From Eledone cirrhosa (lineage: Eukaryota), in assembly GCA_964016885.1 (NCBI GenBank), contig OZ024746.1, forward strand, positions 39,432,001-39,496,000: 64,000 nt of DNA, read 5' to 3'. Made by a program: the position numbers and the translations under genes. The notes under the pieces are model-generated. The model was given only the letters and a program-made list of their open reading frames with translations. It ran no database searches and was not told where the DNA came from. This document shows positions 39,911 to 52,095 of this stretch, in pieces; position 1 is the first letter of the stretch; every line of letters begins with the position of its first letter.

Positions 39911-40845
39911 TATATAGAGTTAAACCATCTTCAATAACCACAAATATATTGTGCTACAAGAAATGAATAGACGTTAACAAAATGTATAGTTATATAATAC
40001 TTGATATAAAAACGATAAGTCGTTTAATATGTAGTAGCTTTCCCTACAATTATTTTTCACCATATAAATCTGATAAAATAGTAACAAAGTATTAATGACA
40101 TAGTCCCAGTAGTGCCACACCAACTTGGCTGGAACCAGTACAAGTGCAAAAAAATATGGAATATGAAAGTGGTTATGACTTACATCATTACAATTTTTTT
40201 TTTTTTTTTTTTTTTTTTGCATTGAATCTTTTTACTCGATTACAAAAACTTCTACTCCCAGATAGTTATGGTCGAGAATATTTTCAAAATATAACTCGTA
40301 AATACAGCTTCACCATAAAAACTACAGACTGGAACAGGTATGAATGAAAAAAAAAATGTTTATTATCTATAACAGTGGTTACAATGTTATTGATCGGTTA
40401 TTTTATCAGGTTTTTTTTAAATATTTATGTAATAGTATTCAGCAACCACCCAATGAAGAAATAAAGAGAATAGTTACAAAAATGTCATCAGTTTGTACTG
40501 TTCATCATTAATATGAATATTATGTAAAAATATCGATTATATATACATAAAAATATTATGGAAAATGCATGAAATTATCATTCAGTGCAATCATGTGTAA
40601 TTATGGGTGTATACTACAGGAACATTGGGTTTTGTCGTTGGAGAGGTAGTGCTATCTGAATAGAGAAGACCAATTGTTAATATTTTGGGGGAGATCCTAT
40701 TGATAAGATTTGTTGGAGAATAACGTTTGGTGATACAATGTAGTAAGTCCACTTTTGTTTACACTAACAGAAGCTATCATACGAAAATAATATTATATAT
40801 TATTAGATTAGAATATTTTTTTAAAGTATTATTGTATTATACGTA

Positions 40846-41081
40846 AGGGCGGTGGAGTGATAGGGTCTTTAGAGCGTCGGAAAAATGCTTATGGGTATTT
40901 GTTCCAACACTTTACGTTCTGAGTTCAAATCCCACCGAAGTTATTGTTGTCTTTCATCCTTACGGGGTCGATTAAATAGGGTACCAGTAACGCACTGGAG
41001 TCGATTTTATTGAAGCCCCCTCCACCCGGCCTTAAATAAAAATTGTTGGCTTTGTGCCTTCATAATTCAGAAAACATTATT
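40846..41081 (+). mobile_element. tRNA-derived SINE
   Basis: B box GAGTTCAAATCC; body CTTTCATCCTTACGGGGTCGAT...GTACCAGTAACGCACTGG. Confidence 0.75.
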
Positions 41082-41607
41082 TCCATTGTATATTACATTA
41101 ATTTGCCAATGATGAATATAATTTTCTCGTGATAAGTATCAAGAAGTTGAAACAGTTTTTCCCCCAAACTTTTTCGCAAAGATTCATGGAGGCAATAAAC
41201 AATAATAAAACTCGTTCAGTTAGTATTGGATTCTTATGAGAATGATTAAAGTTTAACGAAGACGCAGTAGTCTACGTTTTGATATAAAATCGATGGAAAC
41301 ACTGTTGAGCTGTACTTAATTCAATAATAATATTAACCAGTAGTTTACATTGTTAGTAAAACATTAACCAGCTACTGTTATGTGTTAACAGCAGGGAGTT
41401 TTATTGACTTTCCAATGATTTCGTAGAGAGTGCCATAGTTTTAATGGTAATTCACACTTAAAGCAATTCCATTTTCTTTGCGTTGTTAATGCTCAGAATA
41501 TCACATTTCATATTTCTCCTTCTCTAAATCTATTTAAAAAGTGGAAATAATAATTTAGAATTGAATCGTCTTTAGTAAATTAATCTCTTGTAATTTTAAG
41601 TCTGTAT

Positions 41608-42555
41608 CTGTGTGTATGTGTATGTGCACGTGTGTGCATGGATTTGTGTGTGTGTGCATGTGTGTATGTATATGTGCGTGCATGTGTGTATGTATGTATG
41701 TATATGTGTGCATATCATTTTGTGTATGTATGTGTGTATATGTGTGCATATCTTTTTGTGTATGTATGTGTGTATATGTGTGCATATCTTTGTGTGTATG
41801 TATGTGTGTATATGTGTGCCTATCTGTGTGTGTATGTATGTGTGTATATGTGTGCCTATCTGTGTGTGTATGTATGTGTGTATATGTGTGCATATCTTTG
41901 TGAGTATGTATGTGTGTATATGTGTGCATGTGTGTATGTATGCGTGTATATGTGTGCATATCTTTGTGTGTATGTATGTGTGTATATGTGTGCATATCTT
42001 TGTGTATATGTATGTGTGTATATGTGTGCATATCTTTGGGTGTATGTATGTGTGTATATGTGTGGATGTGTGTATGCATGCGTGTATATGTGTGCATATC
42101 TTTGTGTGTATGTATGTGTGTATATGTGTGGATGTGTGTATGTATGCGTGTATATGTGTGCATATCTTTGTGTGTATGTATGTGTGTATATGTGTGCATA
42201 TCTTTGTGTATATGTATGTGTGTATATGTGTGCATATCTTTGTGTGTATGTATGTGTGTATATGTGTGCATATCTTTGTGTGTATGTATGTGTGTATATG
42301 TGTGCATGTCTTTGTGTGTATGTATGTGTGTATATGTGTGCATGTGTGTATGTATGTGTGTATATGTGTGCATATCTTTGTGTGTATGTATGTGTGTATA
42401 TGTGTGCATATCTTTGTGTGTATGTATGTGTGTATATGTGTGCATGTGTGTATGTATGTGTGTATATGTGTGCATATCTTTGTGTGTATGAGTATGTGTG
42501 CATATCCTTGTGTGTATGTATGTGTGTATATGTGTGTATATCTTTGTGTGTATAT
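41608..42555. repeat. TG-rich minisatellite with 36-bp and 30-bp unit variants
   Basis: Unit CATATCTTTGTGTGTATGTATGTGTGTATATGTGTG; translates to 12-aa/10-aa repeats in the ORF track. Confidence 0.92.
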
Positions 42556-44316
42556 AAGGAAACCTAAAGAGATAACAGGTTGCTAAAAATACACACAATG
42601 ACATTTTCAACTAAAACCACCCCACAGTTTTGTATGTGTGAGGATGTGTGTGAGTATGTGTGAGGATGTGCGTGTGTGTGTGTTTGTGCTAACATATATG
42701 TCTCCTAAATGTAGCATTAAATCATCAAATTTATTTCTATACATTCATGACCCTGTCAATATTCTCATCACTAAATCTCCTGCTAATATCTGTAACAAAT
42801 TGTTCAGCCTTATTCATTTCTTCTCTCCAGCGAAATAACTTTCTTCTGCCCGCCCACGCACCCTTCCTCACATTTACTGACTACTCATCAATCTACTACG
42901 TTATCTACTCATTGAGCTTCGTCCATGTTATTCTATATACAGAACATAACATCTAAACGCCTTTCTCAATCTCATTGTTAAATGTGCTCTATCAAACAAC
43001 ACTATTGATCTTATCAAAGAAAATAATGCATTTCTCAAGCTATTGTTTATTTCTGAAACTCAGTGCAAGGATAAATAAAACGATTAAAACATAATGTTTA
43101 TTATTTGTTGCAGTGAAAGTTGTTGTTGGATCTCTGTCGGTTGCGATGACAAGTGCCCCAATTGATATAATCAACGAAACTACTTGCTTCTGAAATGAAC
43201 ACGTACCTGGTTAAGCATTCCACAGATACGTGCACCTTTAACGTGTTTCTCAGGGAGTTTCAGTGTTAGACAATGTGTGACATGGTCGGCCCCATGAATA
43301 ACAGGTGCAACACATTTTTGCCAACTGATCGGACTGATCAACAAGAAAGTAACTTGCTTAACAATACAACACACCATCCGTCCCAGGAACTTACGGCCTT
43401 ATAATCGTGGGCCGAACATCCTAACCACGAAGCTGCATGACTTCATGAAAAGTTCTTAATTATAGCTAATGTTCAAAGCAGTAAAGATAACCAGCAGAGT
43501 AGAGAGTCCCATTAAATAACAGTGTTTCCATAGTTGCGCTTCGCTTCATAGCTTAACACTTTCATTAATTCATTTTAAGGGCGTGAAGAAAAATTTGTAC
43601 CAGTTACATATCACATGAGTAGATTTAGTAGTCTATAATTTTCAACTGCAAATACTGATAGTATTCGTAGTCACAAGAAATCAATAACAACTAATGATAC
43701 ATAATTTATAAAGTTTGACGAAAGAAAGACTGAGTAATTATTTTTACTTCAGCTGGAATATATACATTGCTATTTCCTGTTCTGATTCAAAAAGCTTCTC
43801 TTGAACTACAGTTCTTTTATATTTTGATATCACGTCTTAAAATGGCTTCATTTCATCCCTATAAGAAGTTTTCGTTGTTGTTTTTTGTTGTTGTTCATTT
43901 TTTATTATTTCTATTTTGTTTGGCTTTAATCGTACGATGTCTTCATCATTCCAAAGAAGAAATTATTTCTTTTTCCTGAAATCGCAATTATGAATTAAAG
44001 GATTAATTCTATATAAGATTATATATTTAGCTTTCTTCTAAAATAAAAATTATAAACCAATATCCGCTTAAAGCTATAAGAGACAGGTATTTCTTTTCTT
44101 TTCTGATTATTTAATGAATGCTTATAAGAGAACCAGCAGCAATACTAATATTACAACAGTACTACAGTTGGTTATATTTTCTGTTGGCGAATGTCACTGA
44201 TTATTTTCTAAGGATTGTTCTTACTTTTATTAGAAATCATAATATTACTCATATTCTTTAGCTGACCATGAATAAGATAGATGGGTAGAAGCAGTCAAGG
44301 GCAGATTTATAGGTTA

Positions 44317-45409
44317 CTAGCAGTAAAGCCCGGCGTTGCTCAGGGTCGCTCAGTAGCTGTGTTAAAGTTACAACGTTAAGTTTCTTTTTTGGCTTAAAGT
44401 CTGTCTGCACGACTGTCTGTCTGCACGACTGTCTGTCTGCACGCCTAACGAAATTTACAGATACATATATTTTAAATAAACTTATATAATTTTTGCTTTT
44501 TTTTACGAAATATTTGCTTGTTTTACATAGTCTTTAAATAGACTTGTTTTCAAGTAAAAATATTGTTTTAAAAGGGTTTTAAATGGAAATGAAGCAAAAC
44601 GGAAGCTTAGTGTTCGAACTGATGAATTTTGCAGGTCAAAATTTTGCTGGCTCGACAACTGTTCGTGTATTGTGTTAATGTCATTTTAAACGCTGAGAAA
44701 GCCAGCGTAATTTTTTTTATTTTTGCACGCAGAAAATGTAAACAGAACAAAGGGAAATAACTCGTCACTTACGCTCAAAAATCGATACATTAGATTCGAT
44801 TTCGTCACATAGGGTGGGTCAAATTGAAATATTTTTTTTCCGATGTCTTCGCTAGGGCTCAATGTACAAGTATAGCAATTTCGGTGCAATTCCGTCAGAG
44901 ATTCTAAGAGGAGATGTGTGCCAAAAATCGATAGACAGACAGACAACCACAGCTTTATATATATAGAACAAAGGGAAATAACTCGTCACTTACGCTCAAA
45001 AATCGATACATTAGATTCGATTTCGTCACATAGGGTGGATCAATTTGAAATATTTTTTTTCCGATGTCTTCGCTAGGGCTCAATGTACAAGTATAGCAAT
45101 TTCGGTGCAATTCCGTCAGAGATTCTAAGAGGAGATGTGTGCCAAAAATCGATAGACAGACAGACAACCACAGCTTTATATATATAGAACAAAGGGAAAT
45201 AACTCGTCACTTACGCTCAAAAATCGATACATTAGATTCGATTTCGTCACATAGGGTGGATCAATTTGAAATATTTTTTTTCCGATGTCTTCGCTAGGGC
45301 TCAATGTACAAGTATAGCAATTTCGGTGCAATTCCGTCAGAGATTCTAAGAGGAGATGTGTGCCAAAAATCGATAGACAGACAGACAACCACAGCTTTAT
45401 ATATATAGA
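44317..45409 (-). mobile_element. Complete non-autonomous Helitron
   Basis: On the minus strand: A|TCTATATATATAAAGCTG...CCCTGAGCAACGCCGGG hairpin, CTTTACTG, CTAG|T. This gives 5'-TC, 3'-CTAG, a subterminal hairpin and an AT target. Confidence 0.9.
44744..45409 (-). repeat. 221-bp tandem repeat x3 of the Helitron 5' end
   Basis: Identical 70-aa ORFs at 44955 and 45176 (offset 221); third unit continues into the element body. Confidence 0.95.
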
Positions 45410-45524
45410 TGATATTGAAATACCGTCGATAAAATAACTTCCAGTGACCTACTTGAGAATATTTCATTACCTATCATACAAGAATTGCCCTTTTATATAG
45501 GTGGGCAATCAATATTTTATTGAC

Positions 45525-45725
45525 TGCGAAGAGATGATCGGCAGTATCAAAGTGACCAAGATATGAACTCAAAATACTGAAGCACAAAATTAAGCACTAA
45601 CTCAAGACGTCGGCTGCAAAGGTGAATTCCCTGGCTACAGAAAACCTGCTTGATTGGCACCGCAGCAAGTATAATAATAGTGTTAGATAGCTGAAACTGT
45701 GGGATGCAGCTTGAAACCAAGTAAC
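45525..45725 (+). mobile_element. R4/Dong-like non-LTR 3' remnant
   Basis: WLQKTCLIGTAASII resembles the LQKAVLLGTARILR C-terminal motif. Confidence 0.4.
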
Positions 45726-46442
45726 ATGACATAGATACATATAGATACATACATAGATACACGCATAGATACATACATACACATGCATAAACATACATAT
45801 ACATACATAATACATACATACATACACATACATAAACATACATATACATACATAATACATACATACATACACATGCATAAACATACATATACATACATAA
45901 TACATGGTGGCTGCCAACTCGTTTTCGAGTACGGCCACTACTTTATATCCATGTAGAAGAACCCCTACGGATGCGCTGAATGTGTGTGACTTTTTAGTCC
46001 AGCCAGCGACTTGAAAACTCTGGTACAAACACTACACTTGTGACAATTATTGACACATAGTGCTGGGCCCATGGTACCATGTGACAACAAGTGCAGAGAG
46101 ATCTCCAGATATAAAGCAATGCCTGTGCCGTGAAGCTTTTATAGTGAGCAAAGGCACTGCACAAAGCCAGTCCCACTCTCTTAATCAAGATGATATTTAC
46201 CAAAAAGAAGAACATGTCAACATCATTGGATACCATCAGGGTTGCAGGTGTTATATCAGAGTTTTCCTTCTCCTAGAATTCTGCCTTGACAAAGGCTAAG
46301 GGGTCATCTCTCCCGGTGATTTTGGATGGCCATTGACTCTTAAGAGTTCCTTTGCCCTTTGATACATACATAATACATACATAATACATAATACATACAT
46401 ACATAATACATACATACATACATACATACATACAAACATACA

Positions 46443-46473
<31 letters not shown>

Positions 46474-46496
46474 CTTATCTCAGTTGTTTTTATGTT

Positions 46497-46680
46497 AGGC
46501 AGTATCGGTAGAGGTTCGGACGCCATGTTTTACAGCATAGAGTTACCGCCCTTTACGGTCAGAGTTCAAATCCTACCGAGGTTCACTTTGCCTTTCATCC
46601 TTACGGGGTAGATAAAATAAAGTACCAGTAATGCACTGGGATAATTGCTGGCCTTGTGCCAAAAGTAGAAACAATTATTA
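46497..46680 (+). mobile_element. tRNA-derived SINE
   Basis: GGCAGTATCGGTAGAGG..GAGTTCAAATCC..body..AGAAACAATTATTA. Confidence 0.88.
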
Positions 46681-48967
46681 TCCCAGGCGTGTTGAGAAGC
46701 AGGATTAAATGTGGGTAGCATTAAACACCGATGTGATATGCAATTAAACGAAGAAGAATATAAGCAATACGATGTCTGTGAAAGTCTCTAGTGGAAGTTC
46801 CTCCATGCCAACCCATTTTTGTGAAATGCTCAAAAGTGTTGGACTTACATATAAGCTAAATAAGCTGTAGCTTGGAGCCACACATCTCCGGGGAAGGGGG
46901 GCTCTTTTCTTTAAAATATATTTTTATTTTTCTATGCAGTAAATGGAATAAATGAATTAATTATATGAAAATAACTATTTTGTAATTAACTTAATTTTCT
47001 AATCATTAATAAATAATAATCATGTATAATTATTTAAAGTTTTTTTACCCGAATATTTTTAGGGAAAGGCCTGAAATTTCATATAGCTTAGGGCCGTAGC
47101 AGGTGAAAGAACTATAGGAATACACATATCAGTTTGGTATTTATATTATCGATCTCTATTGGCGGAACTACGTTACAGGACATAAAGTGACACAGCATAA
47201 AATATACTAGTTTTACACCGGAGTGGACATAAACACGGACACAGACACATGCTCAAACGTACACACATACCTGCACACTTACACATACACATATAGACGT
47301 AGGCTGACCACTCCACAGACACGTGTGCCCTTAATGTAGTTCTCAGAGAAGGACGCGTCAGCATGTTGCATGTGTGACAAGTCTATCTCCTTGAATTACA
47401 GATACAACTCATTTTTACCAGCTGAATGGACTGAAGTAAAGTGAAATAAAGTGGCTTGCTCAAAGTCACTATGTACTGCTCGGTCTGGGAATTGAACTCG
47501 CAAACTTACGATCATGAGCCCAGAATCACCCTACCCACGAAGCCATACGCCTCCACACAAACAAGGATACGTATATGTATAAACGGAAATTCTTATATCT
47601 AGGAAATACGTATAAGTCCTGTAAACAACTGGCTGACTTAAGAATCATTGGAAAAATTTGAAATTTAAAATTTAGTTTTCCCAACGTAAATGACTCCAAC
47701 AATAGTCGATGACTATAAATCAGAGATGCATCAGTCACTAGCGTACCATTACCGATCTTTTCAACTATATATGTACGTATATATTTATGTATATATATAC
47801 GCATATATACATGTGAAGGCGTGTGGCTGATTGGTTAGAGAACTGGATTCGCAATCGTGAGGATGTCATTTTGATTCAAGTTGCTGGATTCGCAATCGTG
47901 AGGATGTCACTTTATTTCAAGTTACTTTTTCTACCTGGAATTGCGTCCAATAGACAGTATTGGCAATTGAAAAGACCAACGGAAACCTCGTTTACTCGGT
48001 CCAATTTGACGAAAGTCGATCGACAATTTTTTTTATTTTATATATATGTATGTAAATCTGTATGTATGCGCGCGTGTGTATATGTATGTAAATCTGGATG
48101 TATGCGCGCGTGTGTATATTTTGCTAGTGTGTCATTATACCGCGGCTATACTGGAACACCGCTGTGATTTAGTTGAACATATCGATCTCAGTAGTCAACC
48201 GTATATAGTTATACTGATCGATCGACTATTGTTATAGTCATTTACTCTAGGCCGACTACATTTCTACGTATAACTTCTATTTCTACTCCCCACCTAGAGA
48301 TACTCTGCAACATTTTAATAGTCACTTGATTAGAGACTATAGAAAACCTACAGTCAGAGGTTAGTTAACTTCAATAATACTTTACAAGATAGTCGGATAT
48401 TTCTACCCACTTTTTGTTGTGTTATGTTATTTAGCCCCGGGTCACCGTCATAAACACATTCTCCAGCTTGTTTTGCTACTTCAAACTTTGCTTCTGACCA
48501 GAATAATCGATGATACACACAAATACGCACACATACATATATGGGAGTGTGTGTGTGTGAGGCAGTGCATATGTGTATGCGTGGATACACACATATCTCT
48601 TTCTCGCTCTCTGTCTCTTTATATATATAAAAAGAGAGAGAAAGAGATATGTATATATGTATCCACACACGCGGGCGCGCGCACATACACACTCATATAT
48701 ATATATAAATGTAATCTGAGTTTATCGAATATCAATGATAATATTCGATTCGTTTGCAATTATGCAAACAGCCTCTTTTTTAAAGCCATGTCAGTAGACT
48801 ATCATTCTTGCTCATAGAAGATCCCGTTAAGCGTGAAAGCAGCGATTCTTTGCTTAAACTTTAATCTGTTATTTTAATAAATATTTTCTCTACGGTTCTT
48901 GTATATTTGATATATATTTATCCTTATCAAGCCTTCTTTGGATTTTAGTCTTCACATTTATTATCAT

Positions 48968-48998
<31 letters not shown>

Positions 48999-51795
48999 CC
49001 ACCCCACTCTCAAGAGCGTGAAACTAATAAACCTTTGTTCGTACTGCCTCTCTGTTTTGTTCCCGTTCAATTTTTGACTAGTAGTTGGGCTCTATAGGCC
49101 ACCCCAAACGCCTGTACCATGCTTCAAGGAATGCCTCAACAGCATAAAGTGTTTCATCCAAGAGTGTCACCCTGACAACATCTTAATGATGGGGGACTTC
49201 AACCTCCCCGGAGTTGACTGGTCCACAAACAGCCTGCCACCAGGTTCTTCTGCCTCAACCTCTGACAGGGAAGCAGTGGAATCGCTTCTTGACTTCATGG
49301 ATGATTTCTTCCTATCCCAACTGGTGCTCGAACCAACGAGGTGCCACAAAAACGTCCTAGACTTAATTTTCAGCAATCACACTGACAATATCCACAATAT
49401 TGCAGTGGAGAAAACTCTACTCTCTGATCATGACATGGTTCTCTGTGATCTGAGATTCCACCGTCCAATATACAAACCCAATGTCATCTCTCCTGTCCAT
49501 CTGTTTGACGCTATGGATTTCCACAATGCAAACTGGGAAGCGATCAGTCATGATCTTGCACATGTCGACTGGTTCTTCACGCACACTCATACACCCACTA
49601 ACATCAAAAAGTCCTGGCAGACATTTGTGGACACTGTTACAAACATATATGCAACACACACCCCATTAAGAACTATAAACAAATCTAAGAGCAGAATCCC
49701 TAGAAATAGAAAAACGCTCATCAGAAAAATTAAGAGAACGAACAAAAAAATCAACAAGCTGAAATACTGTCAGCAGCAACACATCAACTTGACTGCCATT
49801 TCATCACTAGAGATTAAAAAACATAACCTCCAGAACAACATAATGTCCCTCATCAACAATCAGAGAAGAGCTGAAGAGGCCTGGGCCATTGAGAAGATCA
49901 AACTCAATCCCAAAGTGTTCTTTTCATTTGCAAAAAAACACAAAATCACTGGCTCTACTGTTGGCCCTCTAATTGATGAAAATGGCACTCTTCAAGACAA
50001 TGCTAAAACCATGGGTGAGATACTGCAGAAACAATACTGCTCTGTTTTCAGCAATCCTGATATGGCCGATCTGGGCTGTATCGGCGATGTTACTCCCCAT
50101 TACACCTTATCGGACATAACGTTTGGCGCCCCTGATGTCTTAGCGGCAATAAAGGAAATCAAGCATAATTCAGCAGTAGGTCCCGATAGGTTCCTTGCTT
50201 GTGTCTTGAAGGCGTGTCAACACCAACTTGCATCTCCTCTTGCCAATCTGTGGCGGAACTCACTGGATGCTGGATATGTGCCAGAAAACCTTCTATCCCA
50301 GTCTGTTGTCCCAGTTTTCAAAAAGGGAAACAAATCCCTTGCCGTGAATTACCGTCCAATCTCACTCACCTCTCATATCATTAAGGTATTTGAGAGAGTG
50401 GTGAGATCGCGAATGACCCACTTCCTTGAGAGTAACAATATGCTGAACTCCAGCCAGCATGGATTCCGTAATGGAAGGGATTGCCTGACGCAGCTACTGC
50501 ATCACTTTGATGACATTTTGAGAGCCTTGGGAGAGGGTTCCAACACTGATGTTATCTACCTTGATTTCAGCAAGGCCTTTGACAGGGTTTATCATAACAT
50601 TCTACTGAGAAAGCTGTCCAATATTGGTGTCACTGGAAAGCTGCTGCAGTGGATCAAGAGCTTCCTGTCAAATAGAACCCAACATGTTGTAGTTGAAGGA
50701 GTCAAATCCAGCCCAGCCAAAGTCAGTAGTGGGGTCCCACAAGGCACTGTGTTGGGCCCACTTCTCTTCATCATCTATATTAATGACATCACTGACATCA
50801 TCAAACACAGCAACATTAAAATGTTCGCTGATGATTCCAAGCTCCAAAAGGTCATCAATGGCGTGGATGACCGGATAAGCCTTCAGTCAGACCTACTGGC
50901 TGTTACCCAATGGGCGGAAAAGAACAACATGTTACTGAACGAAGACAAATTCGAACTGATCCACTTTGGAAAAGAGGATGCTCTGAAACTCCCGTACTCC
51001 CTTCCCTCCGGGGAAACTCTCGTGGCATCTAACAACATCAGAGACTTGGGAGTAACCGTGGACAGCAACATAAGCTGGGCCACGCATATAAGCAGCAAAG
51101 TTGACATGGCCCGCAGAATGTGTTCCTGGATCCTCAGAACCTTCCAGTCGAGAGATTCCCACACCATTATCCTTCTCTTCTCTACTTTTGCCCGACCACA
51201 CCTTGAATACTGTTGTCCACTGTGGTCTCCCCACACAAAACAAAGTATCATGAAACTTGAAGCTTCTCAAAGGGCAATCACGAAAAAGTTAGATGGCATG
51301 TCAGACCTTGACTACTGGGGTCGACTAGAAAACCTGAAACTTTACTCACTCCAACGTCGCCGTGAGCGTTATATTATCTGCATGATGTGGAAAATGTTCC
51401 ATCATCACTGCCCAAATGATGTTGGCATCGCCTTCAAGATACACCCAAGGCTTGGGCCCCGTGCTATCCGTCCCATTCAAAAATCTAAATCGCAACTCAT
51501 AACAACAATACGGCACAATTATTTCACCTCAATCGGCCCTGCTCTCTTCAACATCACACCAGGATACGTCAAAACAGAAACTGACCACACAAAATTCAAG
51601 AAGTCTTTGGACAAATTCCTCCAAGTAATCCCGGACAAACCACCCACACCCGGATATGTCTCCGCAAACAGTAATTCTCTTCTCGAATGGGCCATGGTGC
51701 CCAAATCCTGAATTGAAAGACTTCGCCAGGTGGTGCTATTAAGTTAGACATTGCCTGGGCCAATACTGGCCAAAACATTTCAAAGTTATTCAAAG

Positions 51796-51798
<3 letters not shown>
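48999..51798 (+). mobile_element. CR1-group LINE, 5'-truncated in the endonuclease, inserted in (TA)n
   Basis: Open EN-RT ORF; short 3' UTR with a stem-loop (GCCAGGTG...TGCCTGGGC) and (TTCAAAGTTA)2 tail; (TA)n on both flanks. Confidence 0.9.
49078..51711 (+). CDS. LINE ORF2 (partial APE endonuclease + RT), CR1/L2 group
   Basis: Open from LVVGLYRPP; GDFN, LDLIF, SDH; NYRPISLTS, QHGFR, YLDFSKAFDRV, SGVPQGTVLGPLLF, FADDSK, RPHLEYCCPLWSP, LYSLQRRRERY. Confidence 0.9.
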   Translation, partial: LVVGLYRPPQTPVPCFKECLNSIKCFIQECHPDNILMMGDFNLPGVDWSTNSLPPGSSASTSDREAVESLLDFMDDFFLSQLVLEPTRCHKNVLDLIFSNHTDNIHNIAVEKTLLSDHDMVLCDLRFHRPIYKPNVISPVHLFDAMDFHNANWEAISHDLAHVDWFFTHTHTPTNIKKSWQTFVDTVTNIYATHTPLRTINKSKSRIPRNRKTLIRKIKRTNKKINKLKYCQQQHINLTAISSLEIKKHNLQNNIMSLINNQRRAEEAWAIEKIKLNPKVFFSFAKKHKITGSTVGPLIDENGTLQDNAKTMGEILQKQYCSVFSNPDMADLGCIGDVTPHYTLSDITFGAPDVLAAIKEIKHNSAVGPDRFLACVLKACQHQLASPLANLWRNSLDAGYVPENLLSQSVVPVFKKGNKSLAVNYRPISLTSHIIKVFERVVRSRMTHFLESNNMLNSSQHGFRNGRDCLTQLLHHFDDILRALGEGSNTDVIYLDFSKAFDRVYHNILLRKLSNIGVTGKLLQWIKSFLSNRTQHVVVEGVKSSPAKVSSGVPQGTVLGPLLFIIYINDITDIIKHSNIKMFADDSKLQKVINGVDDRISLQSDLLAVTQWAEKNNMLLNEDKFELIHFGKEDALKLPYSLPSGETLVASNNIRDLGVTVDSNISWATHISSKVDMARRMCSWILRTFQSRDSHTIILLFSTFARPHLEYCCPLWSPHTKQSIMKLEASQRAITKKLDGMSDLDYWGRLENLKLYSLQRRRERYIICMMWKMFHHHCPNDVGIAFKIHPRLGPRAIRPIQKSKSQLITTIRHNYFTSIGPALFNITPGYVKTETDHTKFKKSLDKFLQVIPDKPPTPGYVSANSNSLLEWAMVPKS

Positions 51799-51856
<58 letters not shown>

Positions 51857-52095
51857 TAACCCATACACTATAGAAACAATTGTTACCTAATAAATTCTTT
51901 ATACCCGCATTTCCATTTCATAAACTTCTTCTCCATATTTTCTCCGGATTTTAAAACACACTTTATTATACGTTGAGCAATCTCCGACGTCGGTTGACTC
52001 CATCCAATGCAACTACTTAGTAACATTGGAATACAAATTTACTAATTCTTCACACTCCTTTACAGTCGAGCAACCTATCAACCTACGTCTCTCAA

